Assembly (NCBI GenBank): GCA_964430295.1
Contig: CAYSEV010000002.1
Location: forward strand, 7,024-71,023
Direction: 5' to 3'
Source: an uncultured Gammaproteobacteria bacterium
Lineage (GTDB): Bacteria > Patescibacteriota > Microgenomatia > UBA10105 > UBA927
DNA: 64,000 bases
Shown here: positions 39,697-49,520 of the stretch, one piece after another
How positions within the stretch are numbered: the stretch's first letter is position 1
Layout of the letters: every line of letters begins with the position of its first letter
Translations under genes and position numbers: made by a program
Notes under the pieces: generated by a model
Told to the model about the DNA's origin: nothing
The model's database searches: none
What the model saw: only the letters and a program-made list of their open reading frames with translations

Positions 39697-39749
39697 GCAA
39701 AATCAAAAGAGAAAATAGTTTTGCTATATAATGATTGAATTGAATTTTT

Positions 39750-41003
39750 ATGAAAAGAATATTTTCTAAATTTGAGAAAAACCCGCTCGCAAAAAGCGGA
39801 ATGATAGTATTTTTAGGAACATTAGTTACGAACGCATTGGCGTATTTATATCATTTGCTGATGGGTAGGCTCTTAGGTCCTGTGGGGTATGGGGAATTAT
39901 CTTCGCTATTTTCGCTTCTTTATATAATAAACGTTCCTATATTGGTTGGTCAGACAGTACTTATAAAATTTGTTTCATCGTATAAAGCGAATGATGAAAT
40001 AGGAAAGACAAAAGCACTGCTTATCATGGTAACCAAATATTTTATTATGGGTAGCTTGCTACTCCTTCCTCTTGTTTTATATTCGTCACCTTACATAACA
40101 GAATTTCTTCACCTTAAATCGAATGATTTATTTGTATTGGTTTACGGTATGGTTGTGTTTTCTCTTTTGGGAATCGCAATGGCGAGCGTTCTGCAGGGAT
40201 ATCAAATGTTTGTATGGTCCAGTATCCTAAGTGTCTTTTCAATGGTTTTTAGAGTTTCCATCAGTATCCCTATGGCAGGATTGGGAGTATCAGGAGTTAT
40301 GTGGGCAGCTCTGATCTCTGCGTTATTAGTATACATATTATATTTTTATCCGCTGAAATTTCTTCTTCCGGTTCAGTCAAAATCTATAGAAATGAAATTT
40401 TCTGAGGCGCTAACATATACTATTCCGACGTTTATTACATTATTGGGTATAACTTCAATATATTCCACTGATATCATGCTTGTGCGTCATTATTTTAACG
40501 CGTCTGATGCCGGGCTCTACGCAGCTCTCGCAGTATTGGGAAAAATTATTTTTTATGCATCCAGTGCTATCACGACAGTTCTATTTCCAATAATAGCTGA
40601 AAAAACAGCAAGCGGTAAAAAAATGCTGTCAGAAATACGTATGGCCATTGGCATAGTGAGTATGATCTCACTTGCGCTGTGCGTGTTATTTTTTATGTTT
40701 CCCGGGTTTATTGTACGGGCATTATTTGGCAATGCGTATAGTCACGCATCTGGCCTGTTAGGTTTCTTTGGAATTTTTTTGGCAATTTTTTCTGTAGGAA
40801 ACAGCTTGGCAATGTCGTGTTTGGCTGCAGGGAAAACAAAAGTATGGATATTTGCCGCAACAGCATCGATTGTACAAATTATCGGTATAGTATATTCTCA
40901 TGAACATATTATCGAAGTTATTTGGCTAAATATTGCTGTGAGCATACTATTTGCCGTAGGGTCAGGAATATATCTCTACCGTTCAATGTATGAAAAAATT
41001 TAG
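39750..41003 (+). CDS. Wzx-like flippase (MOP superfamily) membrane protein
   Basis: 417 aa, about 12 TM helices, sandwiched between two DPM1/GtrB-like GT2 genes. Confidence 0.55.
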   Translation: MKRIFSKFEKNPLAKSGMIVFLGTLVTNALAYLYHLLMGRLLGPVGYGELSSLFSLLYIINVPILVGQTVLIKFVSSYKANDEIGKTKALLIMVTKYFIMGSLLLLPLVLYSSPYITEFLHLKSNDLFVLVYGMVVFSLLGIAMASVLQGYQMFVWSSILSVFSMVFRVSISIPMAGLGVSGVMWAALISALLVYILYFYPLKFLLPVQSKSIEMKFSEALTYTIPTFITLLGITSIYSTDIMLVRHYFNASDAGLYAALAVLGKIIFYASSAITTVLFPIIAEKTASGKKMLSEIRMAIGIVSMISLALCVLFFMFPGFIVRALFGNAYSHASGLLGFFGIFLAIFSVGNSLAMSCLAAGKTKVWIFAATASIVQIIGIVYSHEHIIEVIWLNIAVSILFAVGSGIYLYRSMYEKI

Positions 41004-41781
41004 TTTAATCATTCCGGTCTATAAACAGGGCAGCACTATAAAAAAGAATATTGAGGATATTCTGGGTACATTGTCTGTGTTGAATATTCCATTTGAAATT
41101 ATCCCTGTGGTTGATGGTGAATTTGATAATAGCATGATTGAGTTGCGCAAAATAAAAGATGAAAGGGTAAAACCTGTAGGATATAAAACAAATCATGGCA
41201 AAGGATATGCCGTTCGATATGGTTTTTCGCATGCCGATGGTGATGTTATAGGGTTTATGGACGCGGGTGGAGAATTACGATCAAGTGCCCTGCCATATAT
41301 GTTGACTCAATTCGAATTTGAGAAGTGTGATGCTATCATTGGCAGTAAACGCCATCCTAATTCTAGAATTTACTATCCCGTATACCGAAAAATATTTTCA
41401 TGGGTGTATCAAAGATTGGTTCGTGTATTGTTTGGATTAAACATCAGTGATTCTCAGGTGGGAATGAAAATTTACAGCAGAAAGCTTCTTGAGCAGGTGT
41501 TGCCCAGACTGCTCGTAAAACAATTTGCTTTTGATATAGAAATATTAGCCGTATCCTATTATTTGGGGTTCAAAAATATTAAAGAAGCTCCGGTTGAAAT
41601 AGATTTCATATTTGCCACTTCCACGATTGTGTGGAAAAAGATGTTTTACGTAGTATTTAATATGGTCAAAGATACTCTGGCGGTTTTTTATAGACTGCGT
41701 ATTCTTCATTACTATGATGATAGTAGTAAGCGTAAGTGGAGATTTGATCCTGAATTAAATTTCAGGATTAATATTGGATAA
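40990..41781 (+). CDS. GT2 polyprenol-phosphate sugar synthase-like (GtrB/DPM1-like)
   Basis: FSLIIPVYKQGSTIKKNIEDI...VDGEFDNS...FMDAGGEL...FAFDIEIL GT-A motifs. Confidence 0.65.
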   Translation: MKKFSLIIPVYKQGSTIKKNIEDILGTLSVLNIPFEIIPVVDGEFDNSMIELRKIKDERVKPVGYKTNHGKGYAVRYGFSHADGDVIGFMDAGGELRSSALPYMLTQFEFEKCDAIIGSKRHPNSRIYYPVYRKIFSWVYQRLVRVLFGLNISDSQVGMKIYSRKLLEQVLPRLLVKQFAFDIEILAVSYYLGFKNIKEAPVEIDFIFATSTIVWKKMFYVVFNMVKDTLAVFYRLRILHYYDDSSKRKWRFDPELNFRINIG

Positions 41782-41783
41782 TC

Positions 41784-42908
41784 ATGAATATACTTCTTTT
41801 AAATTGGCGTGATGTATCGCACCCAAAATCCGGAGGAGCAGAGCTGGTAACAATGGAACATGCGAAAGGGTGGGTAAAAAAAGGCCATTCAGTAACCTGG
41901 GTTACGGCAGGCTATAATAATGCCAAAAAAAATGAAACCGTAGATGGAATCCGATTTGTACGAAGGATGGGCTCATTTTCTATTTATCTATATGTTCCGT
42001 TTTATGTATTATGGAACAGCTTCCAATTCGATGTGATTGTTGATGAAGTACATGGATTTCCTTTTTTTACTCCGCTTGTAACTAGAAAACCGATTGTCGT
42101 ATTTATACATGAAATAGCAGGAGAGATTTGGGATTTTATGTTCCCATTCCCGAAAAATAAAATAGGAAAGCTTCTTGAATATGCGTACTTCCATCTGTAT
42201 ACATCATGCATTTTTTGGACTGATGCCCCTTCCACCGTAAATGAGTTGATCAGTCGCGGCATTCCAAAAAACCGGTGTGTAGCAATACCTTGCCCAATTC
42301 CCAGAATGAATGCTTCCATTCTTGGTTTATTCAAAAAAAAGCCAGTCAAAGAAACGAACCCTACATATCTTTTTGTATCTAGAGTAGTTCGTATGAAAGG
42401 TGTGGAAGAAGTTATAAAGGCGTTTGCCTTCATATATTTGACCGATCCGACTTCTGTATTGTGGATTATCGGCAGTGGAGAAGCAACATATATCACCGAA
42501 CTTAAACAAATGATCTCAGAATACGGATTGACAAATAATGTTGTATTTTGGGGGAGTATTTCTGATACGGATAAATATTCACTCATGAGTAAATCACATA
42601 TTTTGCTTCACGCATCTGTAAAAGAAGGGTGGGGTTTAGTAGTCCTTGAAGCAGCGTATGCAGGTACCCCCTCTGTTGTATACAATGTTGGTGGTCTTCG
42701 GGATGTTGTTAAGCATGGCGAAACCGGAATTGTTGTTGATTCAAATTCTCCGAAAGAGATGGCGGAAAAGGCTATACAGCTATATAAAAATAAAAAACTA
42801 TATGCGAAAATGCAGATTTCAGGAAAAAAATGGGTACAATCTATAACGTGGACAAATGTGATTCAACGAAGTTTAAATATACTCAGGAATAGTATACAAT
42901 TTAGGTAA
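41784..42908 (+). CDS. GT4 (GT-B) glycosyltransferase
   Basis: MNILLLNWRDVSHPKSGGAELVTME and EGWGLVVLEAAYAGTPSVVYNVGGLRDVV motifs. Confidence 0.7.
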   Translation: MNILLLNWRDVSHPKSGGAELVTMEHAKGWVKKGHSVTWVTAGYNNAKKNETVDGIRFVRRMGSFSIYLYVPFYVLWNSFQFDVIVDEVHGFPFFTPLVTRKPIVVFIHEIAGEIWDFMFPFPKNKIGKLLEYAYFHLYTSCIFWTDAPSTVNELISRGIPKNRCVAIPCPIPRMNASILGLFKKKPVKETNPTYLFVSRVVRMKGVEEVIKAFAFIYLTDPTSVLWIIGSGEATYITELKQMISEYGLTNNVVFWGSISDTDKYSLMSKSHILLHASVKEGWGLVVLEAAYAGTPSVVYNVGGLRDVVKHGETGIVVDSNSPKEMAEKAIQLYKNKKLYAKMQISGKKWVQSITWTNVIQRSLNILRNSIQFR

Positions 42909-42912
42909 ATAT

Positions 42913-44037
42913 ATGAAACAAACCATAATCCCTTTTGTAGACCTCAAGACTCAATATATCGCACTGAAAAATGATATGGATTCTGCGATGCTTTCTGTGG
43001 TTGAAAACACCAGATTTATACAGGGAAGTGATGTACGCGATTTTGAGAATAATTTTTCCCAGTACCTTGGTGCGAAACACTGTATTGGAGTGAATTCAGG
43101 AACTGATGCACTTATACTTGGAATTCATGCCTTGGGTTTACAACAAGGGGATGAGGTTATAGTTCCTGTAAACACATTTATTGCAACAGCTTTAGGTGTT
43201 ACTGAAAACAACTTGAAACCTGTATTTGTTGATTCTGAAGAGAATGGGTACGGTATCTCTCTACAGGACCTGAAAAAAAAGATAACAAAGAAAACAAAAG
43301 CAATCATTGTGGTTCATTTATATGGAAGACCGGATAAATTGGATGAAATTGCACAAATCATAAAAGAATCAGGTCAACATATACACCTCATTGAGGATGC
43401 ATGCCAGGCTCATGGAGCAATCTATAAAGATAAAAGAGTTGGCACGTTTGGGATTTTTAGTGCCTTCTCTTTTTATCCGGGGAAAAACCTGGGAGCATAC
43501 GGTGATGGAGGTGCAATAGTCACGAATGATGACATTTTGGCACAAAAGTACCGTATGGCAAGGGAATATGGACAGAAAATCAAATATGTACATGAATCTC
43601 TTGGAGTAAATTCCAGACTTGATACAATTCAGGCAGCAGTGCTGAATGTTAAACTGCCACATCTAGACGAATGGAATACAAAGCGAAGAACTCTTGCATC
43701 ATATTATACTAAAGCCTTACAAAAGAACATTTCCGCAGTGAAAACTCCTTCAGATTCTCCTGATAGATCATCTGTATTTCATTTATATGTCATAGAAGTG
43801 GAGGATCGTGATAGCGTTCTGGAATATTTAAATTCAAATGGAATTCAGGCACTTATACACTATCCGGTCCCGTTGCATGTTCAAAAAGCCTTCTCATATC
43901 TGAATTATAAAACAGGTGATTTCCCGAATGCTGAAAAAAGCTCGGAACGTATACTTTCACTGCCATTATTCCCCGAGCTTCGCACGGATCAGATAGATAC
44001 AATCGTTTCTACACTATCAAAATTTTATGCAAGCTGA
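42913..44037 (+). CDS. DegT/DnrJ/EryC1/StrS-family PLP-dependent sugar aminotransferase (WbpE/WecE/PglE-like)
   Basis: FVDLKTQY...GVNSGTDALILG...LIEDACQAHGAIYKDKRVGTFG...SFYPGKNLGAYGDGGAIVTND, the canonical Lys-containing family core. Confidence 0.8.
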   Translation: MKQTIIPFVDLKTQYIALKNDMDSAMLSVVENTRFIQGSDVRDFENNFSQYLGAKHCIGVNSGTDALILGIHALGLQQGDEVIVPVNTFIATALGVTENNLKPVFVDSEENGYGISLQDLKKKITKKTKAIIVVHLYGRPDKLDEIAQIIKESGQHIHLIEDACQAHGAIYKDKRVGTFGIFSAFSFYPGKNLGAYGDGGAIVTNDDILAQKYRMAREYGQKIKYVHESLGVNSRLDTIQAAVLNVKLPHLDEWNTKRRTLASYYTKALQKNISAVKTPSDSPDRSSVFHLYVIEVEDRDSVLEYLNSNGIQALIHYPVPLHVQKAFSYLNYKTGDFPNAEKSSERILSLPLFPELRTDQIDTIVSTLSKFYAS

Positions 44038-44503
44038 TTTATTCCAAATCATTCGTGAATGCAAAATAGGTAAACGCACCAAAATGTGGGGATTTATTAA
44101 TCTGTATGGGTGTGAGATAGGTGATGATTGCCTGATTGGCACATTCGTTGAGATTCAAAATAACGTAAAAATAGGCAACAAAGTACGGGTGCAATCTCAT
44201 TCTTTTATATGCAGCGGTGTCAGTATTGAAGACGATGTTTTCATAGGACACCATGTGGTATTTATAAATGACAATTATCCGCATGCCGTAAATGCAAAAG
44301 GGGATCCCATTACACAGGATGATTGGGAATTACGGCCTGTTCAAATTAAAAAAGGAGCTACAATAGGATCAAATGCAACAATTTTGGGTGGTATAACTAT
44401 TGGTGAATATGCAATGGTTGGTGCCGGAAGTGTTGTAACAAAAGACGTTCCTGCGCATGCAGTTGTGTATGGAAATCCTGCAAAGATTAAGGAAAAAAAC
44501 TAA
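44027..44503 (+). CDS. Left-handed beta-helix (hexapeptide repeat) sugar N-acetyltransferase (WbpD/PglD-like)
   Basis: Imperfect hexapeptide repeats IGDDCLIGTFVEIQNNVKIGNKVRVQSHSFICSGVSIEDDVFIG...IGSNATILGGITIGEYAMVGAGSVV. Confidence 0.7.
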   Translation: MQADLFQIIRECKIGKRTKMWGFINLYGCEIGDDCLIGTFVEIQNNVKIGNKVRVQSHSFICSGVSIEDDVFIGHHVVFINDNYPHAVNAKGDPITQDDWELRPVQIKKGATIGSNATILGGITIGEYAMVGAGSVVTKDVPAHAVVYGNPAKIKEKN

Positions 44504-44504
44504 T

Positions 44505-45524
44505 ATGAAACACATTGGTATAGTCGGTTGGGGTTACTGGGGGAGGAATTACGCAAAATATTTTGATGCATACCTTGGTGCTGTATTGTCGCATGTATGT
44601 GATCTTCGACAGGATATGTTGGATGATGCAAAAAAACTATATCCTCATTTCATAACAACAACAAAGCTTCAGGATCTGATTGATGCCAAATTAGATGGGG
44701 TGATTATTGCCTCTCCTGCCAGTGCTCATTTCCCGATTGCGAAAGTCTTCCTGGAGGCGGGTATCCCCTTGCTGATAGAAAAACCACTGACAAATTCCAC
44801 GGAAACCTCTAAAGAACTTATGAAAATAGCTAAAAAAAATAAAACAAAAATATTGGTTGGTCATACGTTTATATATAATCAATCAGTGCGTTTTCTAAAA
44901 AACGAAATAGATGCAAACCGATTCGGAAAAATATATTATCTGGAGTTCCGTCGCCAAAGTTATGGTCCTGTCAGGGACGATGTGAATGTTATTTGGGATT
45001 TTGCTCCGCATGATGTTGCCATAGCACAGTATCTACTCGGAGGTATCTCTCCGATTTCTGTATCTGTCCAGAGTGGTATCTTTTCCCGACATAACAAAGA
45101 GGATATGGCGGTCATCGTATTGAAATATCCGGGTAATATTATGGTAAATATAAATGTCGGTTGGTTATATCCTATTAAAATACGTTCAGTCACACTATTG
45201 GGAGATAAACAAATGGCCGTTTTTGAAGATACAAATACAGCAGCTCCCATAAGTATTTACGATACAAGTCTTACTTATCCTAAAGAAGAAGATCCTTCAG
45301 GTGCATCTTTTCGGTTGGGGGAAATACGAATCCCCAGAATTCAGTCTGTAGATCCGCTTAAAACACAACTTCAGCATTTTATGGCGTACTTAGACGGAAA
45401 TGAAAATCCTCTGACACCAGTTGAAGATGGACTCACTATTGTGTCTATTCTTGAAGCGATGCAGGAATCTGTTAAAACAGGTAAGACGATAGATATGAAC
45501 GAATGGTTTGCTCATCATTCATAA
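44505..45524 (+). CDS. Gfo/Idh/MocA-family NAD(P)-dependent sugar oxidoreductase (WbpB-like)
   Basis: MKHIGIVGWGYWGRNYAKYF Rossmann N-terminus and EKPLTNS motif. Start at 44505, just after the upstream stop; the listed 44457 start is inside the upstream gene. Confidence 0.7.
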   Translation: MKHIGIVGWGYWGRNYAKYFDAYLGAVLSHVCDLRQDMLDDAKKLYPHFITTTKLQDLIDAKLDGVIIASPASAHFPIAKVFLEAGIPLLIEKPLTNSTETSKELMKIAKKNKTKILVGHTFIYNQSVRFLKNEIDANRFGKIYYLEFRRQSYGPVRDDVNVIWDFAPHDVAIAQYLLGGISPISVSVQSGIFSRHNKEDMAVIVLKYPGNIMVNINVGWLYPIKIRSVTLLGDKQMAVFEDTNTAAPISIYDTSLTYPKEEDPSGASFRLGEIRIPRIQSVDPLKTQLQHFMAYLDGNENPLTPVEDGLTIVSILEAMQESVKTGKTIDMNEWFAHHS

Positions 45525-46516
45525 TGAAACCTCCGATTCTGACTATAGTTACTCCGGTATATAATGCCGCCAAAGATCTTCCGAGATTTTTTTCTTCATT
45601 GAAAGAACAAACCTTGAAACGGTCAGATTATGAAATACTAATCATTGATGGAGGATCAACTGATTCAACAATTGAGATTTCACGGAACGCCAGAGCTCGA
45701 ATAATTCACAATCCTAAAAAATTAGCAGAACCGGGTGTTTCATTGGGTATACAGAATGCAAAATCAGATCTGATTATGGTTTTGGCGGTGGATAATATTT
45801 TTAAGCAATCAAATGCCTTAGAAACAATGTTAACAATTCTTCAAAATCCAAATATATCTGCTGTTTTTCCGAAACATGAATCTGCACCTGATGATTCCAT
45901 CTTTTCCAAGTACTTCAACACGTTTACAGACCCGTATACACATTTTGTGTATGGTTCAGCTTCAAACGGCAGAACATTTTCAAAGATCTATGCAACAAAA
46001 ATACACAATGAAACATATGATATTTTTGATTTTTCATCGTCAGATGTTTACCCACTCATTGCACTGGCACAGGGATTTTGCATCAAAAAAAAGGATTTAC
46101 CAAAACGGACAGATAGTGGAAATGATGATGTGCTGACAGTATATTCACTGTTGGATAAGGGGAAAAATATTGCGTTTGCACATAGTGTTTCACTGTTCCA
46201 TTTTACTATCCGGGATCTGGGAGATTTTATGAGAAAACAGAAACGGGCAGTAGAAAATGCGTTAGTTCGAAGAAACTCAGGTATCTACCAGCGGAAAAAA
46301 TATTTGACACGATATCAAAAACTGAAACAGTTGCTTTTTGTTCCATACGCAATCACAATTGTTGCTCCGACGATTAACTCAATTTATAATGCGGTAGTAA
46401 GCGGTAATGTAATATGGTTATTTCATGTTCCTATATCGTTTTTATCCGCTTGTGCGATCGTTTTTACAGTAGTGGAACTAAACATACATAAATTTTTTTA
46501 TGATAAAACTCATTAA
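45524..46516 (+). CDS. GT2 glycosyltransferase with C-terminal membrane anchor
   Basis: MKPPILTIVTPVYNAAKDLPRFFSSLKEQTLKRSDYEILIIDGGSTDST. TAATG overlap with the upstream gene. C-terminal hydrophobic helices paralogous to 54362. Confidence 0.7.
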   Translation: MKPPILTIVTPVYNAAKDLPRFFSSLKEQTLKRSDYEILIIDGGSTDSTIEISRNARARIIHNPKKLAEPGVSLGIQNAKSDLIMVLAVDNIFKQSNALETMLTILQNPNISAVFPKHESAPDDSIFSKYFNTFTDPYTHFVYGSASNGRTFSKIYATKIHNETYDIFDFSSSDVYPLIALAQGFCIKKKDLPKRTDSGNDDVLTVYSLLDKGKNIAFAHSVSLFHFTIRDLGDFMRKQKRAVENALVRRNSGIYQRKKYLTRYQKLKQLLFVPYAITIVAPTINSIYNAVVSGNVIWLFHVPISFLSACAIVFTVVELNIHKFFYDKTH

Positions 46517-47675
46517 ATCAACGTTCTTAGATGAAAAAAAGACTAAAAAAGCATTATGTGCTTTTATTACGAAGGCGGATACCCTTAGTATTGGAAAGGA
46601 ATGCAGGCTTTTTGAACATAATTTTGCTTCATGGCAAGAATCGAAGCACTGTATTTTTTTAAACAGTGGAAGTAGTGCAAATCTTGCCGTTATACAGGCA
46701 TTGTTGAACTTAGGGAGAATTCAAAAAGGCGACAATATAGGGTTTTCGGCACTTACATGGTCCACAAACGTAATGCCATTAATCCAATTAGGGTTAAACC
46801 CGATTCCCATAGATTGTGAACTCGATACGCTAAATGTGTCTTCCAGAACACTTACCACTGTGCTTAAGAAAACAAATATAAAAATGCTTTTTTTGACCAA
46901 TTTGCTTGGGTTTTGTGATGATATAGATGAGATAGCACGTATTTGCGATGAGGAGAAAATTCTTTTAGTTGAAGATAACTGTGAATCTTTAGGTACAGTC
47001 TATAAAGGTAAAAAACTGGGAAATTACGGATTAGCAAGTACGTTTTCGTTTTATGTGGGACATCATATGTCTACAATTGAAGGCGGAGCAATCTGCACAA
47101 ATGACACAGAATTGGAAACAATGATCCAATTGGTTCGTGCTCATGGTTGGGATCGTAACCTTACCGAAGATAAACAGCTTTCCATACGCACAAAACACCA
47201 TGTTAATGAAACATTCTATTCCAGATATACATTTTATGATTTGGGATACAATCTTCGAACAATGGAAATACAGGGATTTATCGGTAACACTCAGATTAAA
47301 TATCTGCCCATTATTATAGAAAAGAGGCAGGATAATTTCATGACGTTAGCCCGGCAGATTTATAAGAAAACCGATCTGTATTATCCGCTGCGATATACCC
47401 ACATTGACACAGTTTCCAATTTTGCAGTTCCGATTATTTGCAGATCACAAAAAATTCGAGATGAACTGGTCAAGAAATGTGATGGTTTAGTTGAAATCCG
47501 GCCTATTGTAGGTGGAGATATGACCAAGCAGCCATTCTATAGTAAATATATACAATCAAAAAAAGCTCCCTCAACCGTGAATGCCCATATAGCACATGAG
47601 CAGGGACTCTATTTTGGAAATAATCCTGAATTAACCAAAAAAGATTTGCGCACACTCCTTTCTATCTTTTCATGA
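46500..47675 (+). CDS. RfbH(DdhC)/ColD-like PMP-dependent nucleotide-sugar 3-dehydratase (DegT superfamily, His replaces the Schiff-base Lys)
   Basis: NSGSSANLAVIQALL matches the RfbH NSGSSANL block. FSFYVGHHMSTIEGGAI has His at the position where DegT aminotransferases have Lys, the hallmark of E1/ColD dehydratases. Confidence 0.6.
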   Translation: MIKLIKSTFLDEKKTKKALCAFITKADTLSIGKECRLFEHNFASWQESKHCIFLNSGSSANLAVIQALLNLGRIQKGDNIGFSALTWSTNVMPLIQLGLNPIPIDCELDTLNVSSRTLTTVLKKTNIKMLFLTNLLGFCDDIDEIARICDEEKILLVEDNCESLGTVYKGKKLGNYGLASTFSFYVGHHMSTIEGGAICTNDTELETMIQLVRAHGWDRNLTEDKQLSIRTKHHVNETFYSRYTFYDLGYNLRTMEIQGFIGNTQIKYLPIIIEKRQDNFMTLARQIYKKTDLYYPLRYTHIDTVSNFAVPIICRSQKIRDELVKKCDGLVEIRPIVGGDMTKQPFYSKYIQSKKAPSTVNAHIAHEQGLYFGNNPELTKKDLRTLLSIFS

Positions 47676-47688
47676 TAGAAACGTATTT

Positions 47689-48735
47689 ATGAAAGATTCT
47701 TTGGTTTCAATTATCATAGTAAATTGGAACGGTCTGCGCTGGCTTCCTGAGTGTTTTTCATCTTTATACGCACAAGAGTATAAGAATTTTGAAATTATAT
47801 TCGTTGATAACGCTTCCCACGACGAATCTGTAGTGTGGGTAAAAAAACATTTTCCTAAAACAAGAATAATTATAAACAGTCAAAATCTTGGGTTTGCAGA
47901 GGCCAATAATGTAGGATACAGAGAATCCAGGGGTGAATATGTGCTTTTTCTCAATAATGACACTCGGGTGACAAAAACGTTTCTTAAAGAATTATTAGCC
48001 AAATTCAAAGATCTCACAATTGGCGGTGCTCAAAGTAAAATTTTGCTTATGGATCATCCTGATACGCATGACAGTGTCGGCGCCTATATGACACCTACCG
48101 GATTTTTATATCATTTGGGTTTTGGGAAAAAAGATTCCCCTGTATATGACAAAGATATTGAGCTCTATACCGCAAAGGGTGCGTGTATGATCTTTAGAAG
48201 CAGTGTCCTAAAAAAGATCGAATATAATGGTTGGGTGCTGGATCCTGCTTATTTTGCATATTTTGAAGAATCTGATATGTGCCATAGAGTTTGGTTATCA
48301 GGATCGAGGATAGTGTATGCGCATAAATCCGTGATTTACCATAAAATGGGTGCTACAAGTAGTAGCATGAATAATGCCTTTATTCAGTATCATTCATTTA
48401 AAAATAGAATAAATTCATATCTTAAAAATATGGAAATGAAATGGTTAATACTGTATATCCCTATTCACATTCTTTTGGTGTTATGTTTTGCGGTATTTTC
48501 ACTTTTTCAAAAAAAATGGCAGTTGGGTATGGCAATTTTTAAGGCAATATGGTGGAATATTCGCACACTTCCAAGAACAGTTTGTCTGAGAACATATATA
48601 CAAAATAACATCCGTATTATTTCAGATGATACACTGCGACCAAAAATATTTAGGTCACCGGGGTTTGACTATTATAGACATCTGATTTCAGGAACTCTGG
48701 TTGAATATAAAGAAAATCCTGATATGATAGTCTGA
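47689..48735 (+). CDS. GT2 glycosyltransferase
   Basis: VSIIIVNWNGLRWLPECFSSLYAQEYKNFEIIFVDNASHDES...LNNDT motifs; C-terminal TM helix. Confidence 0.7.
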   Translation: MKDSLVSIIIVNWNGLRWLPECFSSLYAQEYKNFEIIFVDNASHDESVVWVKKHFPKTRIIINSQNLGFAEANNVGYRESRGEYVLFLNNDTRVTKTFLKELLAKFKDLTIGGAQSKILLMDHPDTHDSVGAYMTPTGFLYHLGFGKKDSPVYDKDIELYTAKGACMIFRSSVLKKIEYNGWVLDPAYFAYFEESDMCHRVWLSGSRIVYAHKSVIYHKMGATSSSMNNAFIQYHSFKNRINSYLKNMEMKWLILYIPIHILLVLCFAVFSLFQKKWQLGMAIFKAIWWNIRTLPRTVCLRTYIQNNIRIISDDTLRPKIFRSPGFDYYRHLISGTLVEYKENPDMIV

Positions 48736-48736
48736 T

Positions 48737-49519
48737 ATGAAATCCTCGGATCTGTCTATATTATTTATTTCATGCGATAAATATAGTGATTTATGGAAGC
48801 CATTATTTCAATGTGTGGATGAACAGTGGCCAGATTGTCCGTACCCCATGTATCTAGGAAGTAACACTAAGAAATTTATTCACAAAAAACTCAAAACAGT
48901 ATTAAGTGGTCCAGATAGTGATTGGTCTTCGAGTCTTAAACGACAGTTATCTCAATTATCATCGACGTATGTATTTCTGTGGCTCGACGATATGTTTCCG
49001 ATAGAAAAAATAGATACACAACAATTTACTGAGATAGTCGAGTTCATGAAAAAAACATCAGCCAGGCATATACACATGGTTCCAAACCCTTCACCGGATA
49101 GGACCGTTGAGCAGGGAACATATGGTATGTACGAAAAAGGTGCGCCATATAGGGCTACAGCGCTTGGTTTTTGGAATGTAGAATATTTGAAGTCAATCCT
49201 GATAGATGGTGAAAACCCCTGGAATTTTGAAATATTAGGGTCGTATAGGACGAGATATAGTGACGGTTTTTATTGTCTAATGAAACCATTATTTAACAGG
49301 TTGCATGTGGTGGAAAAAGGGAAAATTTTTTCTGAGGCTGCTGATTATTGTCGTACTCATTCAATACCGCTTGACATACAGAGCCGTAAAATTCTTCAAA
49401 GTGGTAATTTTGTTAAAAGCGAATTGCAGAAATTATATTTTAATACCATTATAAAAATACCATGGAAATACAGAGTAAGAGCCATGAATACGCTTAGAAA
49501 ACTGTTTATCAGCTACTAA
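48737..49519 (+). CDS. Hypothetical protein (possible GT-A-like nucleotide-sugar transferase)
   Basis: 260 aa soluble protein. FLWLDDMFP could be a DxD-like motif. No confident family assignment. Confidence 0.35.
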   Translation: MKSSDLSILFISCDKYSDLWKPLFQCVDEQWPDCPYPMYLGSNTKKFIHKKLKTVLSGPDSDWSSSLKRQLSQLSSTYVFLWLDDMFPIEKIDTQQFTEIVEFMKKTSARHIHMVPNPSPDRTVEQGTYGMYEKGAPYRATALGFWNVEYLKSILIDGENPWNFEILGSYRTRYSDGFYCLMKPLFNRLHVVEKGKIFSEAADYCRTHSIPLDIQSRKILQSGNFVKSELQKLYFNTIIKIPWKYRVRAMNTLRKLFISY

Positions 49520-49520
49520 A

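Noticed and set aside
39697-39749. GCAAAA-n16-TTTTGC inverted repeat before the flippase gene as a terminator
   Set aside because: The stem is only 6 bp and AT-rich, with a 16-nt loop and no T-run. It is more likely fortuitous within an AT-rich promoter region (a TATATAAT box follows).
42002-42586. 194-aa minus-strand ORF inside the GT4 gene 41784-42908
   Set aside because: Antisense to a gene with clear GT4 motifs. No start context or motif.
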